From contig NC_042998.1 in the NCBI RefSeq assembly GCF_006345805.1, positions 105,710,001 through 105,774,000 of the forward strand: a stretch of 64,000 bases of DNA, written 5' to 3'. This DNA is from Octopus sinensis. Lineage: Eukaryota. The notes below the pieces were generated by a model. The model saw only the letters and a list, made by a program, of their open reading frames with translations. It made no database searches and was not told where the DNA came from. Below, piece after piece: positions 1 through 13,920 of this stretch. Each line of letters begins with the position of its first letter. Positions within the stretch are counted from its first letter, which is position 1. Made by a program: the position numbers and the translations under genes.

Positions 1-34
1 CACCACCTGTCTTCATCTTTTGTTTTTTGTGAAT

Positions 35-133
<99 letters not shown>

Positions 134-771
134 AAAGACATATATATATATACATTCATACATACATCATCATCATCATTATCATTTACATCATTTAACA
201 TCCATTGTTCATGCTAGGACAATCCTCTTTGCCAGGGGGAGTGGTCTTAACAATTCCCTGTGGAGTACAGGTCTTCTTGAGTACAGTAAGGTGCCAGGCA
301 TCTTGGTCCTTTGTCACTTCAACTGAAAAGCTCAGCAACCTGTGTTCATCATTTATATACACATTTCTGTGTGTGTTTATGCTCCACTTACTTCAGTCTG
401 TTCTTCTAAGATGTGTATCTTTATGTGCGCATGCATCTGTGTTCTAGTTAGTGTGTATGTGTGTGTAAGTGCATGCATGTACATGTATGTATGTGTGTCA
501 TAGTTTTTAGCAGTAGTGTGCCCTTCCCCTCAACCCTCTCACCTCATTGTGCTGCTGCTGCTGACCTAAGACCCGAAAAAAAGGAAGGTACAGTTCCTGT
601 ATTCCTCTGTGTATGGGTATTCATCCACGGTGTTGTCATTGTGGTAGTTGTTTTTGTTGTTATTGCCATTCTCAACACTGTTGCTGCCACTGACCATGTT
701 TGTTGTGTTGTTGACAGCATATGGCTGTCCATGTGTGTTCGTGTGTGTGTATGGTTTCGCTTCATATATAT

Positions 772-845
<74 letters not shown>

Positions 846-2529
846 TTGTATTAATGCTTGCATAATACATACACTCACATGAGTATGTACATGTGTGTGA
901 GTATCTGTATGTTTGTATAAAAGTATGAATAATTATATGCCTGTATGTGATGAGTGTATGTAAATGTGTATGAGCTATATAGTCCTGTTATGAGTGTATG
1001 CATGAATATGTGTCAATGTTCATTTATGTGTAAATTTGTATATTAATGTTGAGATATATATGTGAAATCGTGTTAGTGAGACAGAGTGGATATATGTGCT
1101 TATATGTATGTATGTATGTATGTATGTTCGTATGTGTGTGTGTATGTGTATGTGTGTATGTACATATGTATGTATATGTTTGTGTGAATTACTCAGTGAG
1201 TAATATTTCTCCTAAGAATACATTCTAGCAATGAATGCCATTTAATTTTAACTATAAAGAACTTTCTAGAAATGCACACATATATAGTCACCCACACAAA
1301 CATATAAACATATGGATATGAACAAAGATAGTTATGCACAAAAATGCACAAATAAACAAAACTAAATGCTGATATGACCTGGTAAAACATAATTAAAAAA
1401 TCAATAGATAAATCAATAAAATTATATAAATAAATAGAAATTGATAAAGAAAGAAAGAAAGAAATTGAGAAGAAGCAAGAAAGCACAGAAAAGAAAATGC
1501 TCACAAATTAGAGTAATATATTAGAAATGACACTGGATTCAGGAAGGAAAATTAAATTATATACTTCGATGTCATCATATTCTATAATTCTTGTTATGTA
1601 AAACAATAACAACAACAACAATAGTAATAGCTGCAGCAGCAACAATAACGGTGGCAGTAACAAGAACACCAATAACAACTGAAACAACCACAACAACAGC
1701 AACAGAAGTAGTAGTTCTGTAATTTTTCTGCTTGTACACTGTGACATGTAGAAGGGTTCGTTTCTGTCAAAATAAACAATTGAAGCCAATAAGGGAGCCA
1801 CCACATGGTTGTTCTCTCTGCTAAAAGTAGCAACCAGCTCTCCTCTCACTTGCAAGCTTACTGTTTTAAAAAGGGAAGATGTGTTGGATATACAAAAAAG
1901 AAAGAATCGTCACAGCTAAAATTTCTTTAATCATAAGTCTGCTCAACCAGTACCAAAACTGTACTAAATACAACAGTAATGACAACTCAATCAGCTGATT
2001 TCATCCTTCTTTCTTCTACCATCAGATCACTGAACAACTCATACTGATACCCTTGACAAGTGCCATGTGCTTGACATGGAATGATTCAAAGTAAATAACT
2101 CTGCAAAGAAATTTTATGAGTTCCCAGAGAATATTACCCTCAGGGGCGCTAACATTGGTATATTCATGAATATGTCACTAACCAAAATAAGTGGATCTAT
2201 TGTTTAGGAATATACTATTTACTTGTTTAAGGGTTCTACTGGATAAATTGTGAAAATAACTCTAGCAGTTCAAATACTAAGAAATAAGCATACTCAATTT
2301 GATTTATACCAAATAATTCAGGAAAATGAATGGGTTATATATAAAGATCCCTTCCAGGGACCCAATTAACAATTTTTTCAACAATCCTAGTATGTAATGA
2401 GGTTTCCAGACTGAAGTTCTACTCATGTGTCAGGTTTCATCAAAATCGATAAAACAATGTAGGAGAAGTTAGCTAACAACTCCACAAACACACCCACAGA
2501 CAGAATTTCCCACATATGTAGTATATATG

Positions 2530-2577
<48 letters not shown>

Positions 2578-3885
2578 AGTATGTGTCTGTGTGTGTATGT
2601 GTGTGCACATGCATGCGTGTACGTGTGTACATGTGTGTGTGTGTATTTATATATCTATGTATATCTATCTATCTATCTATCTATCTATCGCTACCAGATA
2701 TTTTGATGACATTAATTATGAGTGTTTCAGATGAACTGTCTGATAGGCTTTAAAATCTTAGAAATAACTCGAAGTTCAAACTAACATGACTCCATTCTTA
2801 GGTAGGGATAAGGAGCAAAATACGCAGTACCTAAATATGCACACAAAAGCCTCAAGTAAATGCTAATATACAAATGGTAAAAGTGATTTCTTATATAAAT
2901 ACAAAATATTTGTCGTCAAACCCCATCTTAGATGATCTTTTAAATTTTCTTCCACCAAAGAAGCTTTAAATAAGGATATTTTACATACTAAACACACTGT
3001 TGTAAAGCAGTCTTTTGCCACTGTCATATCTGTCTTTTGATGATGGTTGTTGCTCTAACAGATACTGTTATATTCCAAAGTCTTTAATAGAATGTTTCTG
3101 TCTGGCACTGTACAAAGCTCAGTCATGCAGTATTATTATCCTCAAAAGGTTGGTTCATTATAACATCCACTCGCTATCACTGTATAATTTCTATATCTGC
3201 ACAGACATAACTATCAACACAGTCTACACATACTCTGAACCTTCTGACCTTCTTTTTCTGTCGACCAGCTACTGGTCTATTTATAATGGCTGGCTACTAC
3301 CACTTTTTACTTGAAGGATTGCACAGTTTCACTATGTAACACATACATACCTAGATATATACATATATACATTCAAACACACATACATACGTTGAATAAT
3401 TGATACTCTAATGGATTAGAAGACCATATTATACAACAATCAAAGAACAAATACATACATCTCCTCTGACACAGCATGCATCACCCATTAAGAATACACA
3501 AACCACAGATATTGTATACAAGAAGAATCGAATTCACTCTGGTTACAGAATGTTATGTTATTAAAAAAGAAATTCATAAAAAAGAATACATGTAACAACA
3601 AATTCATAGAGTATATTTCAAAAACATTGAATGGAAAATTTCCTCATTAATATGAAAACTAAAAAAAGCCACAAGAAAGATTGACACAAACATCATGACT
3701 CAAACTGTTATATCAGACTCAGAACCATGGTACTTTCTCATTGGTTGACCACATACATTTACAACAAAGAGCCATCACAGTTCATAGTACTGTTCACAAA
3801 ATATAATTAAATAGAAAAAATCAATAGTTGACAACACTACAGTTTACATAGAATTTAACAAAACAATAAGAAATAACTAGGAAAG

Positions 3886-4255
3886 CTGGCAGCGTGGCAA
3901 GTAGCTTACTTACCAACCACATGGTTCCAGGTTCAGTCCCACTGCATGGCACTTTGGGCAAGTGTCTTCTTTTATAGCCTCGTGCTGACCAAAGCCTTGT
4001 AAGTGGATTTGGTAAATAGAAACTGGAAAAAACCTGTCATGTGTGTGTATGTGTGTGTTTTTCCCCTTACCATCACTTAACAAACGATGTTGGTGTGTTT
4101 ACATCTCTGTAACTTAACAGTTCAGCAAAAGAGATCAATAGAATAAATATTAATTAGGCTTATAGAGAATAAGTCGTGGGGTTGATTTGTTCAACTTAAA
4201 GGTGGTACGCCAGCATGACCACAGTCAAAGTGACTGAAACAAATAAAAGAATAAT
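3886..4255 (+). mobile_element. tRNA-derived SINE, family A
   Basis: A/B-box-like head (TGGC..GTGG, GGTTCAGTCCC), GGCAAGTGTCTTCT body, ATGACTGAAACAA(G)TAAAAGA tail; multicopy in window. Confidence 0.85.
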
Positions 4256-5129
4256 AATAAAAGCAAAAATCAACCCTGAGATACTGCACATATAAAATAT
4301 ATATTGAAGTCTATCGGGAATTAAGCATTATTTAATTTTTAAATTTGGTCTCAATGATCTTATCAGTTATAACACTCCAATGAGTTTTGGGACATATATC
4401 AATGCATGAGAATAAAACTCACTTATTACTATCACTTCATACTGATGATGAGACCAAGAAGGTCCTGAAGCATTAATTGATTTAGGATTGTTCCAAACTA
4501 AACATAAGCCGCTGAGACAGAGTTAGAAAATTACTCCAGCATGGCCGCATGGTCAATGACTGAAAGAGTTAGAAAATTACTCAAATGTATTTGCATCTTT
4601 AATATAAGTGTGTGTGTTTGTGAGTATGTGAATATACCTAGATACATATGCGGATGTATGTGTCATTTCAGCCATTTGCATTACTCCCCACACCTTTATT
4701 GCCTTTTTCAACCTCTCACCCGAGTTTTAGGAGGAGCGTCCAATTGTAAAACCATGCCAAAATATAACGTTCACATGTTTCAGAGGGACGTTGCTCTGAA
4801 TTAGAAATTGCTCAAAAAATGACAACCTGTCCAACCCATGCCAGCATGGAAATCAAATGTAAAATTATGATGATGATGATGATGATGACGACGACGACGA
4901 CGACGACGACGATGATGATGCATGTGAATAAATAAGTATACATGCATGTGTGTGTAAATGTATGCTTGTACATGCATTGATAAAGATGATGGTGGTATCT
5001 ATACCTTTTTCTGTATTAAGCCATCCTTGTAAACGTCTCATATATGACTTCATATTTATAATGCTTGACTCTGTGTGTGTGTGTGTGTATGTGCCTGTGT
5101 ACACACACATGTGTGTATGAAATATTATA

Positions 5130-5640
5130 TGATGAAACTTTGAAAGCTATATCTTCCATCAAATATCCTGGTGCTATGAGGAGAGATGCTAATCTAGATA
5201 ATGAAATTGCAAATAGAATTCAGAAGTCACAATCTTCACTGTAGGCTCAGCAATAAATGCAGAATAACATGGTAGTTTGCTTTGTTGCATAACTGTGTAA
5301 CACGGCCAATAAATTCAAACATGTTAAACAGTTGAAGTGCTTCCATTGAAGGAGTCGTTAATAAAGTTTGAATGTATCTTGAAGAGACATAAGGATCATG
5401 GAGTTAACAATTATCATAAGAACACAAGCTCTCTAGTGTCAGAAGTGGGCAGTGAAAGAGTTAGAAAATGTTGACTCTTTGGAGTGCTATATTCTGATGC
5501 TAGATCTCCTGACATACTAAAATTTAGATATGAAGACTATTTTGAATACGCTCTGAAAACAAATGGCAATAATTATGAAGAAAGTTGGGAAATAATTGCA
5601 TTTAAGAAGGCAACATGGAGAAAAATATATTCATAAGCTT
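5130..5640 (+). pseudogene. Highly decayed RTE/BovB-like LINE 3' relic
   Basis: DANLDNEIANRIQKS, LKFRYED, SWEIIA..ATWRK resemble the RTE C-terminus. Confidence 0.45.
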
Positions 5641-6423
5641 TCATTTTAGCCTCAACTTTAAAATTCGTTATAAACTTACTAGGATGATGGGTTGGCAGAT
5701 TAATAGAGTAGTAGCAAAAATTCCTTGATGCATGTGTTCTCATTCCTAGAGATCTGTTTAAATTTTGCCAAGGTTAACTTGGTATTTTATTCTTTCAGAG
5801 GCAATAAAGTACAAGTCAAGTACTGAGTGGGCTTTAATTGTCTGATTTCTTCTCCCAAATTTTGTGGCTGGTTCTGACATTGAAAAAATTTCGTTTAGGT
5901 CTATTTTGGCAATTCATGGCAAAAATAAACAACCTGCTTTACGCCTTCCTCTATGCTAACCTGCTTGTTTGTGTGTGTTTCTCTCTTGATAGAGACTAAT
6001 CTTTTGGCCTTTGTTTTCTTATAGGCACCCTCCTGTTCAACTACTGACCAATGATCAGCCTCCTAGTTTGATTGTATATGTGCACATCTGAATGTGTGTG
6101 TGTGTGAATGTGCAGCTGAAAGGAACCTTTTTGCCTTATTTCTCTTTCTTTTTTCTAATTTTCTCCATCCCCCTATTTCCTTCTTTCTTCTTCATATCTT
6201 TATTTTTCTACCCTCTTTGTCTGTCTTCTTCTTTTATCTTTTCTTCCTTAGTTTTTCCTATTCCACTCTTGTCCAACTTAAAGCTAGTTTGAGTGTGTGT
6301 GTGATTTACTGTTAATAACCATAATGAAAAAGCCTGCTTGTATGTGTCATAATGATAAATTCTTTATCTGTTTCTAATATATTCCTGCTTCAGGAAGCGG
6401 CTATATGCCAAGGATGCTGAATA

Positions 6424-6454
<31 letters not shown>

Positions 6455-6910
6455 TGTATGTATGTATGTATGTATGATGTATGTATGTGTATATGTATAT
6501 ATTTATGTATGTATGTATATGTGTGTGTGTATGTGTGTATAGTCATCATCATTTAGCGTCCATTGTCCATGCTGGCATGGGTTAGATGATTTGACTGGGC
6601 TGGCACACTGGAAGACTGCACCAAGATCCTGTCTGATTTGACATAGTTTTCTGTTGATGGATGCCCTTCCTAATGCCATCCACTCTGAGAGTGTAATGGG
6701 TATTTTTCCATGTCACTGGCACAGGTGTCATTTGCATGACAACAGTATCTGTCATGACTGTGATTTTACTCAGCTTGATGGTCCTTCTTCTAAAGCACAA
6801 CATAATGCCTAACGTCTTGGTCATTGCCTCCATGAGGCCCAATGCACGGATGTGTGTATGTATGTATGCACATATGTATGTGTATGTATGTAAGTTTGTA
6901 TGTATGTATG

Positions 6911-7632
6911 CTCTTCTCTTTTTAATATTCTAAAATATTCCTTCAGGGAAGGAGCTGATTTCTAAGACACAAAGTTCCATTATTGGAATGTAGATAAAAA
7001 CAATGTCACATTTTAAACCTGAGAAAAATCTTGCATATTTTGCACTTACAGATTTGTAATGTGCATGTTAATTGGTTGATTTATTTTCCTGAAAATCTCT
7101 AATTTATCCAGATTGTCACTTACACAAAACCAAGTGCACCAATTATTATTGGAATTAATGTGAATTCATAATCTAGAAATGGAAGCTGAAGGTTTCAGAA
7201 TAATTGTCCATAGATATACTCTTTCTCTTTGATTTTCTAAGAGCTATTTGCATCAGTACAACAGCCTACTTCTATGATGATACATACTTTTTCTTGTCTG
7301 TCCCAAACAACAATATCTGGCCTGTTGTGCTTACACTTGACAGATGTTTTTCTGGAAATGTTCTGCCAGTATTCCGTGTGTTGATGTTTGTGCATGTATT
7401 CAATAACCGGGGCAGCAGGGTCTCTCTATATGTATTCCAGGACAGTTTTATTTCTGAATGGCATTGTATATTGCTTTGTGACAACATTGTGTCACATAGC
7501 AAGGCACTACCTCGATGACATTTTTGGGTAGCTGCTAATCATATGTGTGATGTCTTCCACAAAAAAAAATGGCAGAATCTATATTTTCAGTTGAATCTTG
7601 GTGTTCCAAGGGCTTTACTGTCTCTTTTGTTG
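6911..7632 (-). mobile_element. Older R4/Dong-clade copy, 5'-truncated
   Basis: EDITHMISSYPKMSSR, TSVKCKHNRPDIVVWDRQEKVCIIIEVGC, FTLIPIIIGALGFV; TATGTATG on both sides. Confidence 0.82.
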
Positions 7633-7640
7633 TATGTATG

Positions 7641-8894
7641 TTATTATTCAGATTTCAAGATTTCTTGCCAATAAAGAAAGAGTTTGTTTCTAACCTAAAT
7701 CCAAGGCTCCTTCACTGGAATTTCAACATCAACAGCAGGGTATGTATGTATGCATGTATGTATGTATGTATGTATGTATGTATGTATGTATGTATGTATG
7801 TATGTATGTATGTATGCATGCATGCATGCATACATGTATGTATACATGCAGATTTGTATGTTTTGTTTTATGTATGCTTTCTCATGATTGTAGTTGCATA
7901 TCTAGACATGCTCTTATATACTTAAATGATAAACTTCTGGAAAGTTTTACAGACTTTTACAGTTCCAGTGATAGATTAGATCTGTAGTCTTCGAATTAGC
8001 TTTCTCCTTTCTGGTTTTGAGAAGCCTAATTTCTCAAGATTGGTATTTAGGCAGTGTGTTACATATCCCAGGTCCCCAATAACTACAGTTATAAGCCTGA
8101 ACTTGTAATCTGGATAGATTTTTCACTAGTTCAGATAGTGCATTTTCAGCGTAGGTGTTCTCTTTTCACTGATTTTCAGCTTTATGTTGACATCCGCTGG
8201 GCAGCTGATTTCCACAACTGTACGCAGTTTCTCATCTTTATCCCAAATCATTATATCAGCTATTTTGTGCTTACATTTTACTGAGGTTTTCATTGAGACA
8301 TTCCACCAGTACTCCTTTTTATTATGGGTGGTTATGGCTCCTACCCTACTGTGGGTTTTTATTTCCTTGTACTCGGGGTTACCTTTCCAATGGATTTCAT
8401 TATATAGTGTCCTAACTACAACATAATATATCATCGGTGGATAATATCATGATGAGACTTTTGACAACTGCTTATGATGTAGGTGATATCTACAGTGTTA
8501 AATCCACTAAGTCTGCATCAATAATCACATCTTAGTGATTTCCCTGCATCTCTGTCCTTTTTTTTTTTTTGTGCATCACGTATTTAGTTGATATTTCCTG
8601 TTCCTGAATTACAAACGCATACCCTTCAAAGTAGGAGGTAGTAATCCTGTTGTTGGTCCATAATAGACTACTTTGATGATCAATGTTACTATCATCTCGG
8701 AACTTTCTACTAACATATCTATGCACGGCCTTCTGCTCATAAATGCAAATCCTTTCATCTGATGATATGTTGCAGTAGAGTCATGCAACTTCTTTGGGCA
8801 TGTGTTTAAAGTTATCAGACAAAGAATACTGTTCAAAGAGCTGCCTTCCAAGTTTTATGATGTTATCAACCTCATGTATTCTAACTTGGTCAAG
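7641..8894 (-). mobile_element. R4/Dong-clade non-LTR retrotransposon, 5'-truncated (younger subfamily)
   Basis: FEGYAFVIQEQEISTKY, CRL..ITYIISSC zinc knuckle, YWWNVSMKTSVKCKHKIADIMIWD...VEISCP RLE domain; stop at 7922; 3'UTR with (TACA)n; TATGTATG on both sides. Confidence 0.88.
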
Positions 8895-8919
8895 TATGTA
8901 TGTACGTTCATACACATGT

Positions 8920-9060
8920 ATATGTGTGTATGTATTCAATAACAGGCAGATTCTCTATATTTATTCTAGGACATACTTTTTTTCAAATGACCTTGTATAT
9001 TGTTTTGCAAGAACATCATGTTGCATAGGGTGGTAGCACTTTGATGATACTTTTGGGCAG
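8920..9060 (-). mobile_element. Third, diverged R4/Dong fragment
   Basis: CPKVSSKCYHPMQHDVLAK; homologous to 7395-7535. Confidence 0.6.
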
Positions 9061-9191
9061 GTTTTAATCACATATTTGATGTCTGCCATAGAAATGTGTG
9101 TGAGTGTGTGTGTTTGTGCCATAGAAATGTATGTGAGTGCATGCGTGTGTGCATGTTTGTGCCTGAGATTATAAATAACATGTAATTTACT

Positions 9192-9357
9192 CCGTTCGAT
9201 TCACTTCAACATATAAGTTTAATTTGTCAAAATATTTTCGGCGCTAAAATCCACCACCTGTTCACTGACAAAATTCCGTGTCAGTGAACAGGTCACGGAT
9301 TTTAGCGACGAAAATATTTTGACAAATTAAACTTATATGTTGAAGTGAATCGAACGG
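9192..9357. repeat. ~165-bp fold-back hairpin
   Basis: CCGTTCGATTCACTTCAAC...GTTGAAGTGAATCGAACGG; single-arm relative at ~11960-12075. Confidence 0.9.
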
Positions 9358-12300
9358 CTTATATGTGTTTCTTAAATGGCTTACAAACACCTTCCATGCT
9401 GCAATTGTTTTCATTCCAGCACACAATCTCAGATCAAATCACTTGCTATGCAAGTACATCTCTGTAATGTAATTTACTGTCCATCATTAAATCTGGTTGT
9501 TCTGAAAATAGATGCTCTCAATCTTTACTTAAAATGCAATAATAAACTAATTATGTTGATTTCCTTGAATAAACTTTGGGGGTCTTCTTGGCATTCTGTA
9601 ATATTAAGAAAGTAATGTTGAATGAAACACATATATTTTATTCCACCATAAGGTCAATATTGTTATTATTTTTATGTCTGCATTTTCCCTACAGGTCTGG
9701 ATTGAATGAGACCTCTTGAGAGAATGTTCTATGACCAAGTGCTCTTCCTGATATTATCTCTTATTTGTTTTTCATGTAAACTATGCTACCGATTTATGCA
9801 AATCAAACTACTAAAGCTGTGTGCATATTTCTTTTATGTGAAACACAAACATTACTGCTGCGAAAGTGGTGTCAATGTGAAATCATGTGGACGCCAACAC
9901 ACACACACACACACATACACATGCACAAAGAACTTCATACATGCATACACACAAACACGCAAACAAAACTTCACACACATGCACAGACACATACATGAAT
10001 GTATGCATGTACACACACACACACACACACACACATGCCATATATGATGGGCTTCTATGCAATTTCTATCAAACAAATTTCACTTACAATCATAGATCAG
10101 CTTGAAGTCATAACAGAAGCTACTTTCTAAAAGTGCCACACAGTGGGACTGAACCTGAAACTATATGGTTGCTAGGTAAATTTTTTAACCACAATATATT
10201 GTGCTTTTAATCACACTTAGTTTAGCTGTGAAGTTTATTCCAGAAATTATTATTGTTTAATCCCTGCTCAGTGTTCCAGCCATGATTCCTTTTTATTTTC
10301 GGATATTGTATATGTGGGACTACATTATCCAATGTATGATTTTATAAGGTGGTACACTTTGATTTAAAGGAAATTCAGTTTCTATTTTTAGCAGGTCAAA
10401 CGACCATGTAGAAGCTCCTCCATTAACCAATGCTTCATGAAAGCATGTAATCAAGAGTCAGACTATCACAATGTTTATGACATAAAGTTGTACCAGTCTG
10501 CTCTTTGATCTCACACAAATATAACTTCACAGCAAGAACAAATACAGTTGCATATGCATAATACATTAAACCATACAATCAGAAAAAAAGAGTTTGTATA
10601 TAATCATTTGAGCTGTGAGAAAATAGCAATGAAATTTCTCTTAAATCTTAAATAACTCTATCATGTTAAAATAGCTGCATTGCGTAATGCAATTCTTGAT
10701 ATACTGTGTATGAATAAAAGATAGGTATGGTTACAGTTAGGATATTTTTGACTCATAGTTCTGTGGATTCAAGGTTGACCTGGGCTAAACAACAATGCTA
10801 GACTATAAATTCAAGGTGTAAAAAATTCAGTTAAAGTCTACTTGTATTTTAACTATTTGGTTGAACCACTGCTATCATCTAAAAAAAATGTTGAATGGCA
10901 CCCAAATAAATTTTATGGAATTAGAAAAATTGACATAAAATTATGAAGAACTGTGATTATTTAATGTTCAATACTATTAGCTGTGATGAATGGTGAATAA
11001 TTTAAGCCCCACAAACAAGATGCCAAACATACAATATAAAATTACATATCACATTCACTAGTTTTTATTAATTAGGTAAAGCGCTCAGCAAAATAGTGTT
11101 TACTATCATGTTTGCCAGACAGTAAAATGTTTACATCAAAAACAACAAAATTATGGTAAAGCATAATGAACTGTGTCCAAAGTTATCATGATTGTATGTA
11201 ACTGTCTGGTTGTGCTTAATTCACAATAAAGCTATGTTCATGAATATTAATAATGTTAGATGTTACAAAATATAAAACATGATGCTAGTTAGCACAAGTG
11301 TCTGTGTTTAGTAACTCGCAATGTTAGTTCCATGTACTAAAATTGTATAAGGTGTAGGATACCATGCTGAAACAACATATTCTATTCTAGCATGTCAATC
11401 CAGATGTCTTAAAGGTTAATACTCCCTTAACTTAATAGTCATCTTTCGACTTATGTATCCAAATTCATGACATTAGGCCATCTGAATTATTTCTCTTAGC
11501 TCACTTTAATTTTAAATATGTAAATAATATATTAGCCAAGATTTGTCCATAACACTTTCTCTAAATGTAAAAATTTCTGTCAACTCATTATAGACTTAAA
11601 TCGACTGTAATATGTTGATTAAATCTAATTGTCCTTTGGCTGCAAACGAAGATCAAACTGTCCTTTCCTCTTAGCATGTGAATTAACTTTGAGATTAATT
11701 CTTAATTTCTTGAAATTATCTCCCCTTTCTTTTGACAGTCCCTAACTGTCACTAGTTTTCTGTTTTCTTTCTCCAAATAAGAGGCAAATTTCAATTCAAT
11801 TTTATTTGTTGTGTATGTATGCATACATACATATATGCATACGTACCTACGTGCGTACATACATACATACATACATACATACGCACATACATACATATAT
11901 ATCGTGAACTAACTGTTACTTTCTCAGCTGGAGCAGGAAATTTTGTCAGGGTAAAGGTTGCAGTCTCAAAGCGACAAAAATATTTTGACAAATTAAATTT
12001 AAATGTTGAAGTGAATCTAACAGTTTTTGTGTGTTTTTAAATGGCTTATAAACACCTTCCATGCTGCAATTGTTTATATATGAGAATTTTGTTCTAAAAG
12101 TACCTTCATACATAATGTTGTATATATTTGTTTGTCTGGCTACTGAATTCTATTAATTTTTTCTTATTCCTTGTTTAAAATGCTTATATATTCTAATAAT
12201 GTTGAATATAAATTATTTCTAGTTTTATTGCTGGTTTTAATTATCTACTTCAGTCAATGATATATAAAATACCAGAAAGTTAGTGCAAAGCATTTCTTTC

Positions 12301-12364
12301 ATAGAAAATGACTGAAATTTTGATTTTTTCCTTTAATGGTGAAACTCAATTTGATCAATATTTA

Positions 12365-12735
12365 TGTAAGTAGCTTGCTAACCAACCACATGGTTCCGGG
12401 TTCAGTTCCACTGCATGGCATCTTGGGCAAATGTCTTCTGCTATAGCCCCAGGACGACCAATGCCTTGTGAGTGGATTTGGTAGACAGAAACTGAAAGAA
12501 GCCTGTCGTATATATGTTATATGTATGTGTTTGTGTGTCTGTGTTTGTCCCCCTGGCATTGCTTGACAACCGATGCTGGTGTGTTTACGTCCCCGTCACT
12601 TAGCGATTCAGCTAAAGAGACCGATAGAATAAGTAATGGGCTTACAAAGAATAAGTCCCAGGGTCGATTTGCTCGACTAAAGGCGGTGCTCCAGTATGGC
12701 TGCAGTGAAATGACTGAAACAAGTAAAAGAGTAGA
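12365..12735 (+). mobile_element. SINE family A
   Basis: Near full-length match to the 39240 copy. Confidence 0.88.
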
Positions 12736-12782
12736 AGAGAGAGTATGTATGTATCTATCTATCTATATGGTGGTTATCTACT

Positions 12783-12918
12783 CTACCTACATCTTAGCAC
12801 CTCATGGCATCTGATGTGGCTTTTTAAAGAAGACAATGTTCTGAAAAGGCACTCACATAGATTGCACCTCCGATTTGGAGCACCAAGAGCTGCAGATAAG
12901 TTCTGCTCTTTGTGGATC

Positions 12919-12949
<31 letters not shown>

Positions 12950-13100
12950 CATACATACATACATGCATATTATCAGTTCCTTTGTGTTTTCTCTACAAGC
13001 AACACATATCACCCACCCAGTTGTAATTTGTTTGTTATTCAATTCCTATTTCAAATGGAGATATTTTTTACTTTCTGATAGTTTAGTAGAAGGGAAGAAA
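12783..13100 (-). mobile_element. RTE-like LINE 3' end with terminal C2H2 motif, split by a (TACA)n tract
   Basis: CNLCECLFRTLSSLKSHIRCH followed closely by a stop and a short-repeat tail; single finger. Confidence 0.5.
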
Positions 13101-13149
13101 AAATGATTTACTTTCTTCTGTGAATGATGATGTAAATTTTAACATTGTG

Positions 13150-13459
13150 CTGTACATTCAATAGTGGTTCCTGGGCAAAATGCATTGTTGATATCGCTAG
13201 CTTTTTCAGCAGCTTTTCAGCCTAGCTTGAACTGGAATAAGAAAATTGTGTGAATTTGCTTTTTGTCCATGTTGTATTCACCGTTCTAGAAAAAATGGCT
13301 TAATTATTCAAAAACAAAAAGAGTAGCACGATTAGATAGAGCGTAAAACAGGCTTTAAAATGATATATCAAGTCAACGTAATTTAACGGAAATTAATTTG
13401 AAAATACATCATTTAAAACCAAAATTAAAAATTCCGCAAGAACTTTCTTGACAACCTAA
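13150..13459 (-). mobile_element. mariner 5' fragment
   Basis: TA-TTAGGTTGTCAAGAAAGTTCTTGCGG TIR, then MDKKQIHTIFLFQFKLG*KAAEKASDINNAFCPGT (ATG at 13270). Confidence 0.8.
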
Positions 13460-13464
13460 TATAT

Positions 13465-13920
13465 ATATATATGTTTGTGTGTCTGTGTTTGTCCCCTCAC
13501 CATTGCTTGACAATCGATGTTGGTGTGTTTACATCCCTGTAACTTAGCAGTTTGGCAAAAGAGACCAATAGAATAAGAAATAGGCCTACAAAGAATGAAT
13601 GTGCACTTGGGCAAGTGTCTTTTACTTTAGCCTTGGGCTGACCAAAGCCTTGTGAGTGGATTTGGTAGACGGAAACTGAAAGAAGCCTGTCATATGTATA
13701 TATATATATATGTATGTGTGTCTGTGTTTGTCCCCCCCAACATCGCTTGACAACCGATGCTGGTGTGTTTACATCCCTGTAACTTAGCGGTTTGGCAAAA
13801 GAGACCAATAGAATAAGTACTAAGCTTCCAAAGAATAAGTCCTGGGGTCGATTAGCTCGACTAAAGGTGGTGCTCCAGCATGGCCACAGTCAAATGACTG
13901 AAACAAGTAAAAAAATAATA
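13465..13920 (+). mobile_element. SINE family A, partial tandem duplication
   Basis: 3' half followed by a second body-to-tail copy. Confidence 0.85.

Noticed and set aside
461-865. 134-aa ORF with hydrophobic stretch; possible exon 510-587
   Set aside because: Begins and ends in microsatellite-derived sequence; no recognisable homology or partner exon
1590-1720. Poly-Gln/Asn/Cys-like ORFs
   Set aside because: Degenerate (CAA/CAG)n microsatellite
12783-12968. C2H2 zinc-finger gene exon (cephalopod ZNF expansion)
   Set aside because: Single finger without TGEKP linkers, at a stop followed by a repeat tail and interrupted by a microsatellite; fits an RTE-type LINE terminus better, though not excluded
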